The translations under genes and the position numbers were made by a program. A stretch of DNA of 64,000 nucleotides from Amoebidium appalachense (taxonomy: Eukaryota; Protista; Ichthyosporea). The first letter of the stretch is position 1; every line of letters begins with the position of its first letter. The notes beneath the pieces are model-generated. The model made no database searches, had not been told where the DNA came from, and saw nothing but the letters and a program-made list of their open reading frames with translations. The stretch is taken from the NCBI GenBank assembly GCA_963693365.1, contig CAVNZM010000007.1, positions 7,685,962 to 7,749,961 of the forward strand, written 5' to 3'. Of this stretch, positions 22,655 to 35,583 are shown piece after piece.

Positions 22655-24021
22655 GAGGGGGAAGGGGTTAGATGTAGTCTATATGATGAAGTGCAGTGTC
22701 ACTACCGACAATGCATCCCCCCTCCCCCCCCCCCCCCCCGCCCCCTTTGCCCCTTCCTCCAAAGGCCCCCACCCCCAACCCCACAATCCCCCTCCCCCCT
22801 CCCCCCTCCCGCCCCCAATCCCCACGCCTTCTCTCTATCTCATACACACACACATCCCTTCCTTTCTTAAAGTTCCACCACTCTCTTAGGATAAAAAAAA
22901 AAACCAACCCACCACAAGCCCTTTCGCCACCACCACCCTATTACCACCAGTACCCACCTCGTTATCATCCGTAAGGTACCCCGCAAGTGTCAACACTGTG
23001 ATGTTTCTGAGGTAGGGGGCCAGGGGGGAGGGCTTGTCCCACTCTGTATCGACCGTCTGATTCTTCTCGTTGTCATAGTAGTAGGCGGGGATCCAGAAGG
23101 GGGTTAAGGGCACCCTTTCTTTTCCCACAGGAGTCACAGAGAGACCCTTTTTGGCGTGGGTGAGCAACGCCTTAATGGCTCTGCGGGGGGGTAAGGGGAA
23201 TGTGTGAGATGTGAGTCGGTGGGGAGTGTCTAGTGGCTGTATATCGGCGTGTTGCGAGGAAAAGCGGATGGGCGGAGGACAATAGAGATGTACAGGTGCG
23301 GAAACCCAGGGGAAGGTGACGTTGAGGTTAGGTTGGTTATCATGCGCGCGGGTTATCGAAGCCAGGCAAAAAGCTCAACGAAAAGAATTTTGGTCATTTT
23401 ATCATAAGTAAAGGGAAGCGTGTTGCAAGCAGATGTGTGCTGCGCTAAGACTCTGAACCGAGGATGTGTTAGTGGGTTGACTGCGAAAGGACTGTGAAAG
23501 TGCCTGGGGGCGCAAGGGAGGTGGGGGGGGGGGGGGGGGGGGAGGGGGGAGGGATGGGGTGGACAGGAGAAGAAGGAGGAGGAAGAAAAAGTAAAGGGAG
23601 GGAGGAAGGGAGCACGGGAGGAAGGAGGGGCAGGTGAGGGGGGGAGAGAGGGGGGGGGAGGGGGGAGGGGGGAGAGAGAGAGAAAGGGGAGAGGGGGAGG
23701 GGGGGGGGGGCAAACGTACGGTGCAACGGGGGAGGCGTCCATGTTTTGCAGGTAGCTCTGCCTCTCCCAGGCAAGCACAGACTCATTGAAGGCAAGAAGG
23801 GTGTGGAAGTCAAAGCGGTGGTACTCAAGGGCCACACGGGCATCAAGCTTGTCAAGAAGCATGCGCACACCCTGGATATGCACACGCGTGTGTGGGTGTG
23901 TGTACGTGCGGTGGATGTGTGCGTGTTTGTGTGGATACGTGTGTGTGTGTGTGTGTGGGAGGGGGGGGGGGGGTACGTGTGTGTGTGTGTGTGTGGGGGG
24001 GGGGGGTACGTGTGTGTGTGT

Positions 24022-24053
<32 letters not shown>

Positions 24054-24398
24054 CGGGGAGGGAGAGTTAGAGTGTGGTGCAGATTACAGAGTCTGGACTG
24101 ACAAGAGAAAGAGCTGCATGCTTATGAGCAAAGGCTACTCTGTGTGTAGTGAGAGAACGAACTAATTTACACTCACTGTTGCCGACACATCTGCTTATAC
24201 ATACTACACCTACCCACATTACACCCCCCCCCTCCTCCCCTCCCCCCACCCCTCCCCCTCCTTTGCTTCCCCTCCCTCCCTACCCCCCCCCCCCCCTCCT
24301 CTTCCCTTCCCCGGACAAAAGATAGACACACACCACTCACTCCAAGAACACACATGACACACCCACACACTTACATGCACACCCGCGCACCTGCGCAC

Positions 24399-24442
<44 letters not shown>

Positions 24443-24467
24443 GCGGATGTACGCACACACAGACGCG

Positions 24468-24498
<31 letters not shown>

Positions 24499-24747
24499 CC
24501 ACACACACCCACACCCACACACACACACACACACACGTACGACCTACCAGACATCTTGCCAGCTTGCGCTCCTCAGCCGACTCCTTCGATTGCTCTTCCT
24601 GGCTGCATGGCCACACATTCAGTCAGCACACAAAAAGACCGGGAAATCTTAAGTTCCGTTCCTTTTGTCCTTTTTTTCAGAACTCTCTCTCTCTCTCTCT
24701 TTTTTTGCCTTTTTCGTGTGCCTTTTTCCTCTCTCTCTCTCTTTTGT

Positions 24748-24782
<35 letters not shown>

Positions 24783-25560
24783 AGGAGGGGGGGGGGAGAA
24801 GGGGGGAGGGACGGGGAGAGGGGGAAGAGGGAGAAGGGAGAAATATTGGAAGGACTACAAAAGCAGATAAAGAAGATTAGGAAAGATCACCGAAAGAAGA
24901 CTTCATGATAGAACAAAAGAGTACCGAAAAGAACTAAAAAGGGGAACAAGGGGGGAAGAAAACGGAGCCTTTGCAAGCCCAGGAGCAATAGAGGGAGGGC
25001 AAAAACAAAACACCTACTGTGCGTTTCCAGAGAACAACCGTGCCACCCACGACACATAGGGCACTGAACCCCTCCCCTGCACGTCGTTTGAGATGGTGAA
25101 ATTCCATGCCGTCTTCTCGTAGTAAGGCACACTCTCGTTCACGTACACGTCCCAGGGCCCAGGCACACCAAGACGGATAAGAAGCTCCACCTGAGGGGGG
25201 GAGAGAGGGGGGGGGGAGATGTGTCATTCATAGATTGAAGGGGGGGCGCGGGGGGAGGAGGTCGGGGGGGGGGGGGGGGGAGGGGGAGGGGGGGGGGGAT
25301 TGTGGTGCGCCATGATTTTCAAAGTGAGGGAGAAAGGGTGGGGGAAGGGGGGGGGGGGGGGGGGGGTTGAATGTGGTACAGAGTATGAAGTGCACATTCA
25401 TGACGGACGGGGAAGGGGTGGATGGGGGGTGAGGGGGAGGGGTGTGGGGCGGTTGATCACTCGATGTCTGTATGTACGGAATTTTATTTGGGGGAAGCCG
25501 GGGGGGGGGTGGGGGAGGGGAGGGGGGGGTTGCTGTACAGTAGATATGGCCACTAGGTAT

Positions 25561-25651
<91 letters not shown>

Positions 25652-25668
25652 TGTGTCTGTGTCTGTGT

Positions 25669-25726
<58 letters not shown>

Positions 25727-26366
25727 GCGTGTGCGTGTGCGTGTGCGTGTGCGTGTGCGTGTGCGTGTGCGTGTGCGTGTGCGTGTGCGTGTGCGTGTGC
25801 GTGTGCGTGTGCGTGTGCGTGTGCGTGTGCGTGTGCGTGTGCGTGTGCGTGTGCGTGTGCGTGTGCGTGTGCGTGTGCGTGTGTGTGTGTGTATGTGTTT
25901 GTGTGTGTGTGTGTGCGCGCGCGCGCGCGAGCGCGTGTGCACATGCATACACATGTCATGTTTGTGTGTGTGTGTACATGTGTTTGCACGGGAGGAGGAA
26001 GGGGGGAAGGGGGGGGGGGGGGAGGGGGGGGAGGCGAAGGGTGGGTTACCTTAGGACGGCGGCCATATCGCTTAGTCTCATCAAACCTTTCCACTGCCCC
26101 CCTCCTGCATTTCACCATTAGTCTTTCATCCCAACACCAGTTTGGGTATATGTGTGGAGGGGATGGAGGGAGAGGGGAAGGGGGGGAGGGGGGGGGGGGG
26201 GGAAGGTAGGGGGGGCAGAATGTGGTACACAGCACAAACTTGAACCAATTTACGATGAATCAAAAGTAATGTAATATGCAAGCCAAAAACACGCACAGAG
26301 GTCATTCAAGAGAAATAGAGCCCATCTTTGGCGAGGGCCCAAGTCATCCACCAAGAAGAAGGGGGT

Positions 26367-26404
<38 letters not shown>

Positions 26405-26416
26405 CATGTGTCGGGT

Positions 26417-26456
<40 letters not shown>

Positions 26457-26856
26457 ATGTATGTGTCAAGGGGGGGGGGGGGGGGGGGGGGGGTGGGGGG
26501 GGGAGTGAAGCAATTTTCACCTGAAAGCAATTTGGGGCTCTTCGACAGCCTGAGGCTCAAAGGAGGAGTCGAAGAGGTCTTTGTTGTCGTGCATGCGCAC
26601 CATAGGTACGGCCATGTACTTGGTGTGGGGCTCTGCAGGGAGAAGGTGGGGTTGTATGTGGGTAAAGAATAAAAGTAAAGAGATGCGACCGGTTGGGGTG
26701 TGTGTGGGAGGGAAGGGGGAGGGTGTGTGGGGTGGGTGGCGGTGGGGGCGGGGGGAGGGGAGGAGGGAGGGGGAGGGGGGGAGGGAGGGGGGAGGGAGGG
26801 GGAGGGAGGGGCGAGGGGGATGGGGGGATGGGGGATGGGGGTTGTAAGTTTGTGGA

Positions 26857-26930
<74 letters not shown>

Positions 26931-27503
26931 TGCACATGTGTGTGTGCTTGCACTTCCGTTCGTCTCTCTTTCTATTTCATTGTATTTTAAGTTATTTATT
27001 TATTATATATTGAGGGGGGGGAAGACGGGAAGGGGGGGCGAGGAGATGGGGGGAGAGGGGGGGCTGCACGCACCTGCCGTCTCAAATGCCTGCCTGAGCT
27101 TGCCCCATGCCGTCTTTGTCAAAAAGCAGTTGCCATCAAACGGCAGCACCCACTCATAGCCCCGTTTCAAGCCCTCCTCGATCATGCGATTGCGCGCCCC
27201 GTTGTTGTTCATCACAAACCTGCACGTACATGGGTGGTCAGTCTTGTAATTCCTCGTGATAACCTATGAGTAAAAAAGGCAGAATGCCAGTTTTGTTTTC
27301 CTGGTTAGAAGGAGAGATTTTTGAGGAAAGGGGCGTGTTCACGGGGGGAGGGGGGAGAGGGGGGAGGAATAGAACCACAAAGCGGGCAGTGGGTGGGAGG
27401 AGAGTGGGGAGGGGGGGGAAAGGAAGGGGAGGGGAGGGGGGGAGAGAGGGGGGGGGGGGGGGGGGGAGGGAGGGAGAGGGGGAGAGGGAGAGGGGGAGAG
27501 GGG

Positions 27504-27565
<62 letters not shown>

Positions 27566-27574
27566 GAGAGAAAC

Positions 27575-27670
<96 letters not shown>

Positions 27671-29407
27671 GAGGGAGGGAGGGGGAGGGGAGTCTTACAT
27701 ATTCTTGTCACGGTACATGTGGTCAATAAAACTGGCCTTGAGTAGATTTTGCCTGAGTGGGGACAGATTGACGCATGTGTAGGTGCACCCATGGCGAATG
27801 GCGTCATTGACTGTGAAGCCACTCTCGAAGTCGATGCTGGTCTTTGCGTACTCGGCGAGGATAAAGGGAATGTCTGTGATTGCAAAGTGGTGTGTGTGAG
27901 AAAGCGTGGTTTTGAGATGGGAATCCCATGGCGATAGTCGCATAGAACAAAAATAGGAAATGAAGGGACTTCGTTATAATTAAATAGAGAGGTAAACAAT
28001 ATATGTCCCTTAACATGTCATAAACTGGCGTCACTTGTTTAGCGAGTGCGTGTGGTCATCCTATTAATGAGCCACATGCCAACCGAACAACCCTCACTCC
28101 CCTCTGTTGCTCCCTTATCTCTTTCCTCCTCATCGGAACAACAAGCTTTACACAATCACACAAAATATCATTATTCAACGGACACATCAGCCTGCATTTC
28201 CAACACGACATTACAACCATCTCTTCAGGGCTACCCACCAACGTATTCCTCCTTGTGTTCCTCCAAGAGGGCCACTATTCTTGCCTTCTCCGTCTCGTTG
28301 GCCAGCTTGTTCAGCACCCATATCCTGCACAAAGCACGTCAATCAAAATGACGACCCATGTTGCGCAACTGAGAATCAGCAACATTTCAAGAGGGAACCA
28401 TGTTGATATCCACTGTTTTTTCTATTGCTGGTGCCCTCGCCAAACAATTGCTCACACGGCGCAAATGCTTGTCAGAAATGCAAAGCAGATTGCACGTGGG
28501 CCTAGACCACCACAGGTCTACCGATCGGGGATCGAGCATCACTACGAATCTCACGCATGTGTTTCCACAACCATCTGACAAACTAACCAACAGTAAAAGC
28601 AGCCTGTGTTCCGCATTCTCTCTTCTTCTCTGCACCATAATGTCCCGGCTCACCATCACATCTGTCTTACACAGATATAAAGTGTTCCAAGTGCACGTGT
28701 GTTTTTAGCCCACAACAAACCAACAGGGAAGCCCCATTAGAAAGATTTACTTACTTGTCAAGGCCCTCCAGTTGCTCCTCGTTTTCAAGAATGAACTTGA
28801 CGTTTTCGTAACTCTGTCCCAGCTTGTGCCGGGGGGGGAGATCATTTCCAATCGCTCTCAACAGAACAAACTTTCCACGCACTTTTTCCGTGACGGTCTC
28901 AACATCTGTTGTTTTCGTCCCTGCTTCTTGAGCGTTCTCACTAACAGCCTGCTGATGTTGTGCCTGCTGCACTTCAAGTGTGCTTGGCTTGCTTTCTTCT
29001 TCACTAACCTCTGGTGTCTTTGGTGGTACCTTCTGGTTATCTACCTGCGCCACCTCTTTTCCCACTGCTACTTCTGGAGGGGCTTCTTTGGGTGGGACAG
29101 CATCCAACTTCGGTTCTGCGACCCATTTTTCCTCTGCAGCCCCAGGTGCTGGTCTGTCATCGTCCAGAATAACGGGCTGCTTGTTTATCGGTTCATCTGG
29201 GTGAGGAACACCCACCAATGTTTGTTGTAACAAGAGCATCAATGCCAAAATGCTAAGAACGAAAAGGGGATTGTTGTACCGGCAATTTCCGAAAAGGGCA
29301 AAGATACTCCTCCATCTGTGTTGTGGGTGATGGGTTGAAGACCATTTCTGGTCCCTGTACCCATAGGATTCCTTAGTGATCTGCATCTTGTATGCCCCTC
29401 CCACCAT
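19432..29407 (-). CDS. Type II membrane protein (~951 aa): TM anchor, stem, glycosyltransferase-like region, C-terminal alginate-lyase-like (PF05426-type) domain. Exons 29407-28755, 28324-28239, 27873-27699, 27219-27074, 26632-26521, 26104-26050, 25190-25018, 24602-24548, 23871-23720, 23180-22958, 22382-22087, 21477-21244, 20779-20554, 19701-19432
   Basis: 14 GT-AG exons with consistent phases, 2856 nt total. N-terminal motifs [59 protein letters not shown]. Lyase-like segments [33 protein letters not shown], and C-terminal GVQPFWNLG, as in fungal/bacterial proteins annotated 'alginate lyase family'. Confidence 0.8.
25561..25935 (+). repeat. Compound (GT)n/(GCGTGT)n/(GC)n microsatellite in intron
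   Basis: ~370 bp alternating purine-pyrimidine tract, representative of dozens in the window. Confidence 0.95.
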
Positions 29408-30549
29408 AATCTTCCCCAGCTGTAATCCTTTTCTCGGTTTTGGTGTAATATATCAGTGAGCGAGAAATGCACCTCAAAACACAACGTTATTCTTGCCGCA
29501 GTCTACCTATATATAATGTGAGTGATCGTGTGTATTTGGCAAGGACTTCCGCATCCAGCCAGCTGAACAAGCCTGTGGAAGTCTCTTATGTGTCTATGTG
29601 TGTGCGGTTGCGTGCGTGTGTGTGTATGCTGGGTGATCGCCAACGACTAGAATCTACTGAGGAGAAGATACAAAATGGTTCTAAACAGTGTTTTGTCAAG
29701 AAAATGAGAGGAGACGTTTCATAAGCCGGATCGGCCGCCAATGTCCACAGCCACGGGCAGAGGAGGGGGTCCTACATTTGTATCATATTTGCACTTCTGC
29801 TATTTTGACAGGCCGCCAGACAGGGGAAGCCAAATAAACTTATAGACTCCGGATTAACACATAAAGACCATATTACTATTTATTATGTAATTTTACTGTG
29901 AAATATATGTACGGTTTTCAGAGGCATTATAAATACGTTGGCCATAAAGCACCTTCTTCATGTAATTTTAATACCGTCGCTAGCACCCCTCTTGTACGAG
30001 TATATGGTGTTTCAAAGGCCTGATGGTTCATCCAATCGTCTTGTTGTTACGAGAAGGGATATCCAATCACACACCGCTTCACAGTTCGGGTCCGAGCCAG
30101 TCATGACCTAACGCCAATTAGGTGAAGGATTGCGATGAGGCTAGCCGCTATCGGAAGGCCGACATATAGCTGTTGGCAGCTATTCATGTTGATATATGGG
30201 CTTTGCAAAGCATGCAGAGCGCTAGGGTTGATGTAAGTATTTGTTTTAGAAACTATGATATACAGCCATGTAAGAGACAAATTAACACGAGGCCCCAGAG
30301 TACCCAGATCTTATGGAATGCTTTGTGTCATCTGATTGGCTAAATAAAACTGTTCAGGGCTGTGCTATAAATAGAATTATCGAGGAGCCCCCCCCCTCCC
30401 CCCCCCCCCCCCCCGAACCCCCCTCCCCCCCCCGGGGGGGGGGCGGGGGGAAGAGGGAAGGGGGGAGGGGGGAGATAGGTGTGGTACCAACTTACTGGAG
30501 TCGTGAACGGAGTATGAGGTGGTTGTTACTAATAGGTTAGCACAAGGAG

Positions 30550-30586
<37 letters not shown>

Positions 30587-30791
30587 CAACATGCACACAC
30601 ACACACCTTCTCAATTCCCCTCCTCCCATCTCACCTCCCCTTGTCCCCCCCCTCCCCCCCCCCCCCCCCCCCCCCTCCCCCTCCCCCTACCCCCTACCCC
30701 CTTACCCCCTACCCCCCGGGGCCCTCTCGCTGTTCGGTCCCCCTGCCCCTCCTGCCCTGTGCTGAACTTGGTTACAAAAATTTGACACACA

Positions 30792-31053
30792 TGTACACAT
30801 CAGTACATCCTTGTACGACTCGACAAGTGTATTCACAAGTTCTGAAGTGCTCCCGTGATGTTCACAAATCAACGAGTAGGTTTCCCAATTAATTTGGGGT
30901 AATAATTTTTTTGCATATACAGTGTACACATCAGTACATCCTTGTACGACTCGACAAGTGTATTCACAAGTTCTGAAGTGCTCCCGTGATGTTCACAAAT
31001 CAACGAGTAGGTTTCCCAATTAATTTGGGGTAATAATTTTTTTGCATATACAG
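30792..31053. repeat. Perfect 131-bp tandem duplication (30792-30922 and 30923-31053)
   Basis: Two adjacent identical copies, each starting TGTACACATCAGTACATCC and ending TTTGCATATACAG. Confidence 0.9.
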
Positions 31054-31082
31054 AGCCAAATTCCGATACCATGGGCGCCGTC

Positions 31083-31096
31083 CTTTTTTTTTTTTT

Positions 31097-31182
<86 letters not shown>
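31083..31182 (+). repeat. T-run followed by the longest poly-G homopolymer in the window (~75 nt)
   Basis: Directly visible; an instance of the recurrent TnGn / CnAn junction motif. Confidence 0.9.
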
Positions 31183-31184
<2 letters not shown>

Positions 31185-31367
31185 CCCATTCTAGTGAAAC
31201 CGTGCCTTCAACCCCGAGTAGTATTAAGTGAATATGAGATCACGTTACATACTGTAGTAACTTATATTGTACGTTTCCGGCTATACTTGCCGCTTTGTAT
31301 CATATTGAAAATGTGGGTGGGGGTTTTTTTTTTGTGTGTGTACATGTCACACTGTTTGTGTGTGTGT

Positions 31368-31398
<31 letters not shown>

Positions 31399-31400
31399 CG

Positions 31401-31498
<98 letters not shown>

Positions 31499-31615
31499 CA
31501 CTGTGTGTGTGTGTGTGTACGCGCGCGTCACGTGCGTGTGTGTACGTGTGACGGTGTATGCCTGCGCGAGGGTGCGCTTGCCCACATGCATGGGCGGTTG
31601 TGGGCGTGTCCGTGC

Positions 31616-31646
<31 letters not shown>

Positions 31647-31834
31647 ATAGCTATGGGTGAGGGGCGAATTGTGTGTGTGTGTGTTGGGCCCTGGGGGGGG
31701 GGGGGGGGGGGGGGGCGCTAATCTCCAATCTAATCTCAATTTCATCCTGATATTGATCTTGGGTAGATCGCGATAAGGTGAAAAGATGATGAAAAGTAGA
31801 GCTCAGGTGTCAAACATTCATCTCCGCCATCCAT

Positions 31835-32331
31835 CTAGCGGCAATCGTATTCCACCACCACGTCCCTGTGGAACCCTGGACGCTGCCCCCCCATCTTGAT
31901 GTAAAATTCACGTGTGGGGGGGTTCATAATCTCTACCGGAATAGAATTGCAGCCAGAATGTACGGAGAATATCCCGAGTCAGATATCGGATCCACAACGT
32001 ACAGCTGTGCCATATTATGAGGTAACGATTGCCATTCACAGACCTGGCCGGGGAAGGGATGGACGGGGAGGGGGTGGAGAAAGGGCGGGGGGAGGGGGAA
32101 GGGGGGAGGGGGGTGGGGTTGTTGGTGGGGGGGGGGGGGGGGGGGCAGGGGGGCAAGCATAGCGGCACTTCCCTAATAGCCAAATATCGCCTCTAATAAG
32201 GTATGTACGATGATCGTTTGGTATAACTTTGCTGATGATTAAACTATTCAAACGACTATTTAGGAGAACGAGAAAGGCTCAAAGTAATATGAGGTAAAGA
32301 CAGGTCGAAAGGAAACACCGAAAGTCGGAAG

Positions 32332-32364
<33 letters not shown>

Positions 32365-32554
32365 ACACCCCACCCCTCGTTTGTCTTATGCTCTCTCTCT
32401 TTTTTTCTTTAAGGTTTGGGGGAGAGGTGGCCATGGGGGAAGGGGGTTGGAAGGTTGACATACATAAAAACAACACCGGGATTGCTATGAACATCTTTTT
32501 CGGTTTTTCTTTTGATTGGTTTTTTTCTTTCTTTCTTTTATTTATTTATTTATT

Positions 32555-32585
<31 letters not shown>

Positions 32586-33040
32586 GGGGGAGGGGAATGG
32601 ATGTGGTAGTAATTTAAGAGAGAGAGAGACGGGGGAGACGGGGGGAGGGGGGGGGGGGGGGGGGGGGGGGAGACGTGGGGAGGGGCAGGAAGGGACGGGG
32701 GGGGGGGGGGGGGGGGATGGCGGGGGGGGAGGGGAGGGGGGGGGGGGGGGGAGCGGGGGAGGAGGGTTACGTTTTTGAATACCCAGAGTCTTCTGTTGTC
32801 GATGGAAACCCAATTTCCGTCAATGACAGCCACCCGTATGGCAGGAATAGCGTGAATACTGACACTACCTCTGATGATGTAGTCACGCAGGGTGTAAATG
32901 TCTGGGAGAGATTTGTTGCTGAATTTGCTATAGATGCGGTGTTGTGTGAAGTGAATGTCGTGGGGTGACATGGTGGCATGGCCGGAGAGAGTGGATGTGT
33001 ACGTGGGGGTGTAGTGGGTGGCGTAGTCGAAAAAGGACAT
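31835..33040 (-). CDS. Small ParB/sulfiredoxin-like domain protein (~130 aa); exon 1 33040-32771, probable exon 2 31957-31835
   Basis: Exon 1: SPHDIHFTQHRIYSKF...IPAIRVAVIDGNWVSIDNRRLWVFKN (ParB-N-like P..I.FTQ and DNRRL signatures). Family-like continuation SGCNSIPVEIMNPPTREFYIKM, but its acceptor reads CAT rather than CAG. Confidence 0.62.
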
Positions 33041-34216
33041 TGTTATTGGTGTTGTGCTGCAATATGTGCTTTATTTTAGGGTTCAAAAGACACCACCGTA
33101 GGAATGACTTTCGATTCTAAAGTGAGGCAGCTTTGAAAATTGTTTCTGCTCTCTCGGAAGGGGAAAGGGGAAAAACCAGAAAAAACAAATTCACAAGAAG
33201 AAACGGGTTTCCAGGTGCCGCAGAAGTCCCTAGCGCCACAGTTAAACATGTGGTCATGTGTATGTTAAATCACATTTACGTAGGTGTGTTCTTTTTATGC
33301 TTGCACAAATACACAACGTCGAGGTTTTTTGTGTTATTGGAGTGCAGTATACAGACTGGCACTTTATGTAATACGCCGTTGTGTGTAAATATGGTCATTG
33401 CTACGTATATACGTAGCACTGTGACTGTGTGTGTCCCAGCTGTCACGGTGGTGACGGGTGCGTAACTGTCACATTGCGTAACTGTCACAATTCGTGTTCG
33501 TGGTGTTTCGGCGCTATCCAGACGTCAAAGCCCCCCCCCCCCCCCCGTTCCCATCCGGGCAAAAGTCAGTGATTCAAGACATTCATGGGGGGGGGGGGAG
33601 GGGGGTAGCATACACTGACAAAGTGTGTTACAAGCAAGTAACCTGGGCATATTGCATGTACATCTATCTACTGGTAGCGGTAGCACCTGTGTGTGTAAGC
33701 TAGGGGGCCCCTGGGCGATGGGGGGGAGAAGGGGGGGGGGGGGGGGGGGGGGGGGGGAGGGGGAGGGAACAGAGAACGAAGAGTCCGTCCTGGAGGAGGG
33801 GGGGAGGGGGGACGGGAAGGGGTGGGGTGTGGGTGGGAGGGGCGGGGGTTGAGCCACAGGCAGGCATGCGCATGTGCACGTGTTCATGTGTTACACGTGT
33901 GTGTGTGTGTGTGACTGTGTCATGACCATATATGTGTGGATTTGAGCCCGACAAACGCTAACAACCACATCCGAGTCTCTTTGTAATAGTAAATTTTTTA
34001 GGCAATCGATGTATGTACACGGTTTTTACAGCCCAATGTCACAATAAATAACTATAACTGAATACGTCTGGTCTACGTATAGCAACCCCTGCCCTGAGCT
34101 ATACACGCTCAGGTTAAAGCTTGCCGAACACACATTAAAGTTTCGTCATGAGGGTACGATAATTTCTTAGTATATACACAACACATGCAGCCCAAACCAA
34201 CCATAGCTACCAATGC

Positions 34217-35029
34217 CTATGTAGGTCTAGGTGCCAAGGATGGGGTGACAATCACTAAAGCAGGCTTGACAACACCTGTTGTTACCGAGGGGGTCACCGT
34301 AACCAACCCCAGCTTCTGATTCCCACCATTTGCAGTCATTTGCACCGTCGACTGGGGCCAATTGGCCGGAATTACCTGCTGTGGCACAACCGCCTGGGTG
34401 GGCGCCAGAAATCCAACAGATTCCGTTGGGGTGGCAAAAAAATTAGACGGAATATTAGTCGGAAATTGTGAATCTCCGGTGGGAGGTGGGAAAGGATCCG
34501 TGAAAGTCATCTGAAAAGGCGGGACAATTGCGGTGGGGAGATTTGTGTTCCCGAAATCGAAAGTGGGGAATGCAGTTTCGGTTGCAGGGTTAGGAGTTGA
34601 CGGGGCAGGGATCTGATTGGTCGGGAGTGCCTGGGTGGGTGCTATGGGTGTAGGTGTGGTGAATACGACGGGGGGTTTGGGGGCCACCGTGGCTGGTTGA
34701 ATTTGAGCGGTGGGCTGGTTTGAGATGCCACTTGTTCCGTTGGTTGCACCTGCATGCAAGAGGTACTTTGGTCAGTCTCACAGTGATCCTGCGGTCCCAC
34801 ACTATTTAGATTTAAGTCAAACACCTGTAAGTTATAAACCGAGCAAAAATGGTGCACTTAGAAGCTGTCGTTTACGCACACAATCAGCCAGAAACACAAC
34901 ACCCCCACACTTCATGTCCAAGACCAGCAACAAATTGCACACGTGAATATCCATCCGCTTACAGGCCCAACCTGCAGCACAATATTTCCCTCCGCTTTAT
35001 CAATACCATTACACAGCTACCCCTCCCTC

Positions 35030-35080
<51 letters not shown>

Positions 35081-35097
35081 ACACGCGCGGGGGAGAA

Positions 35098-35129
<32 letters not shown>

Positions 35130-35541
35130 GGGGGATGTTCACTGTTCACGGGAATAGGGAAGAGGAGTCTGCCGGATGAAGAGCACATCCATAACATTAC
35201 CAGAGCACTCGTTGGTTTACAATATTGATCCGGGAGGGTGTACCAGAGCACTCGTTGGTTTACAATATTGATCCGGGAGGGTGTACAGGTTTTCTGCTCT
35301 GTTCTGAACTGTGGACTAGCCCCTGGGAGAGAGTCGGGGGTATAACGGTTGACTGATCTACAACAAGCAAAGGCTACGACGTGGTGGGTCGAGAGGAAAG
35401 TCAGTGTCGTAAGAAGGTAGGGGAAGAGGGGGGCGGGGGGGAGGCTAACTCATTACACACACACACACACACACACACACAAGCCGATAACCGAGTGAGG
35501 AGGGAACAGGGGGTTTTAACTTTAGGTCAAATTTTTTTTTT

Positions 35542-35583
<42 letters not shown>

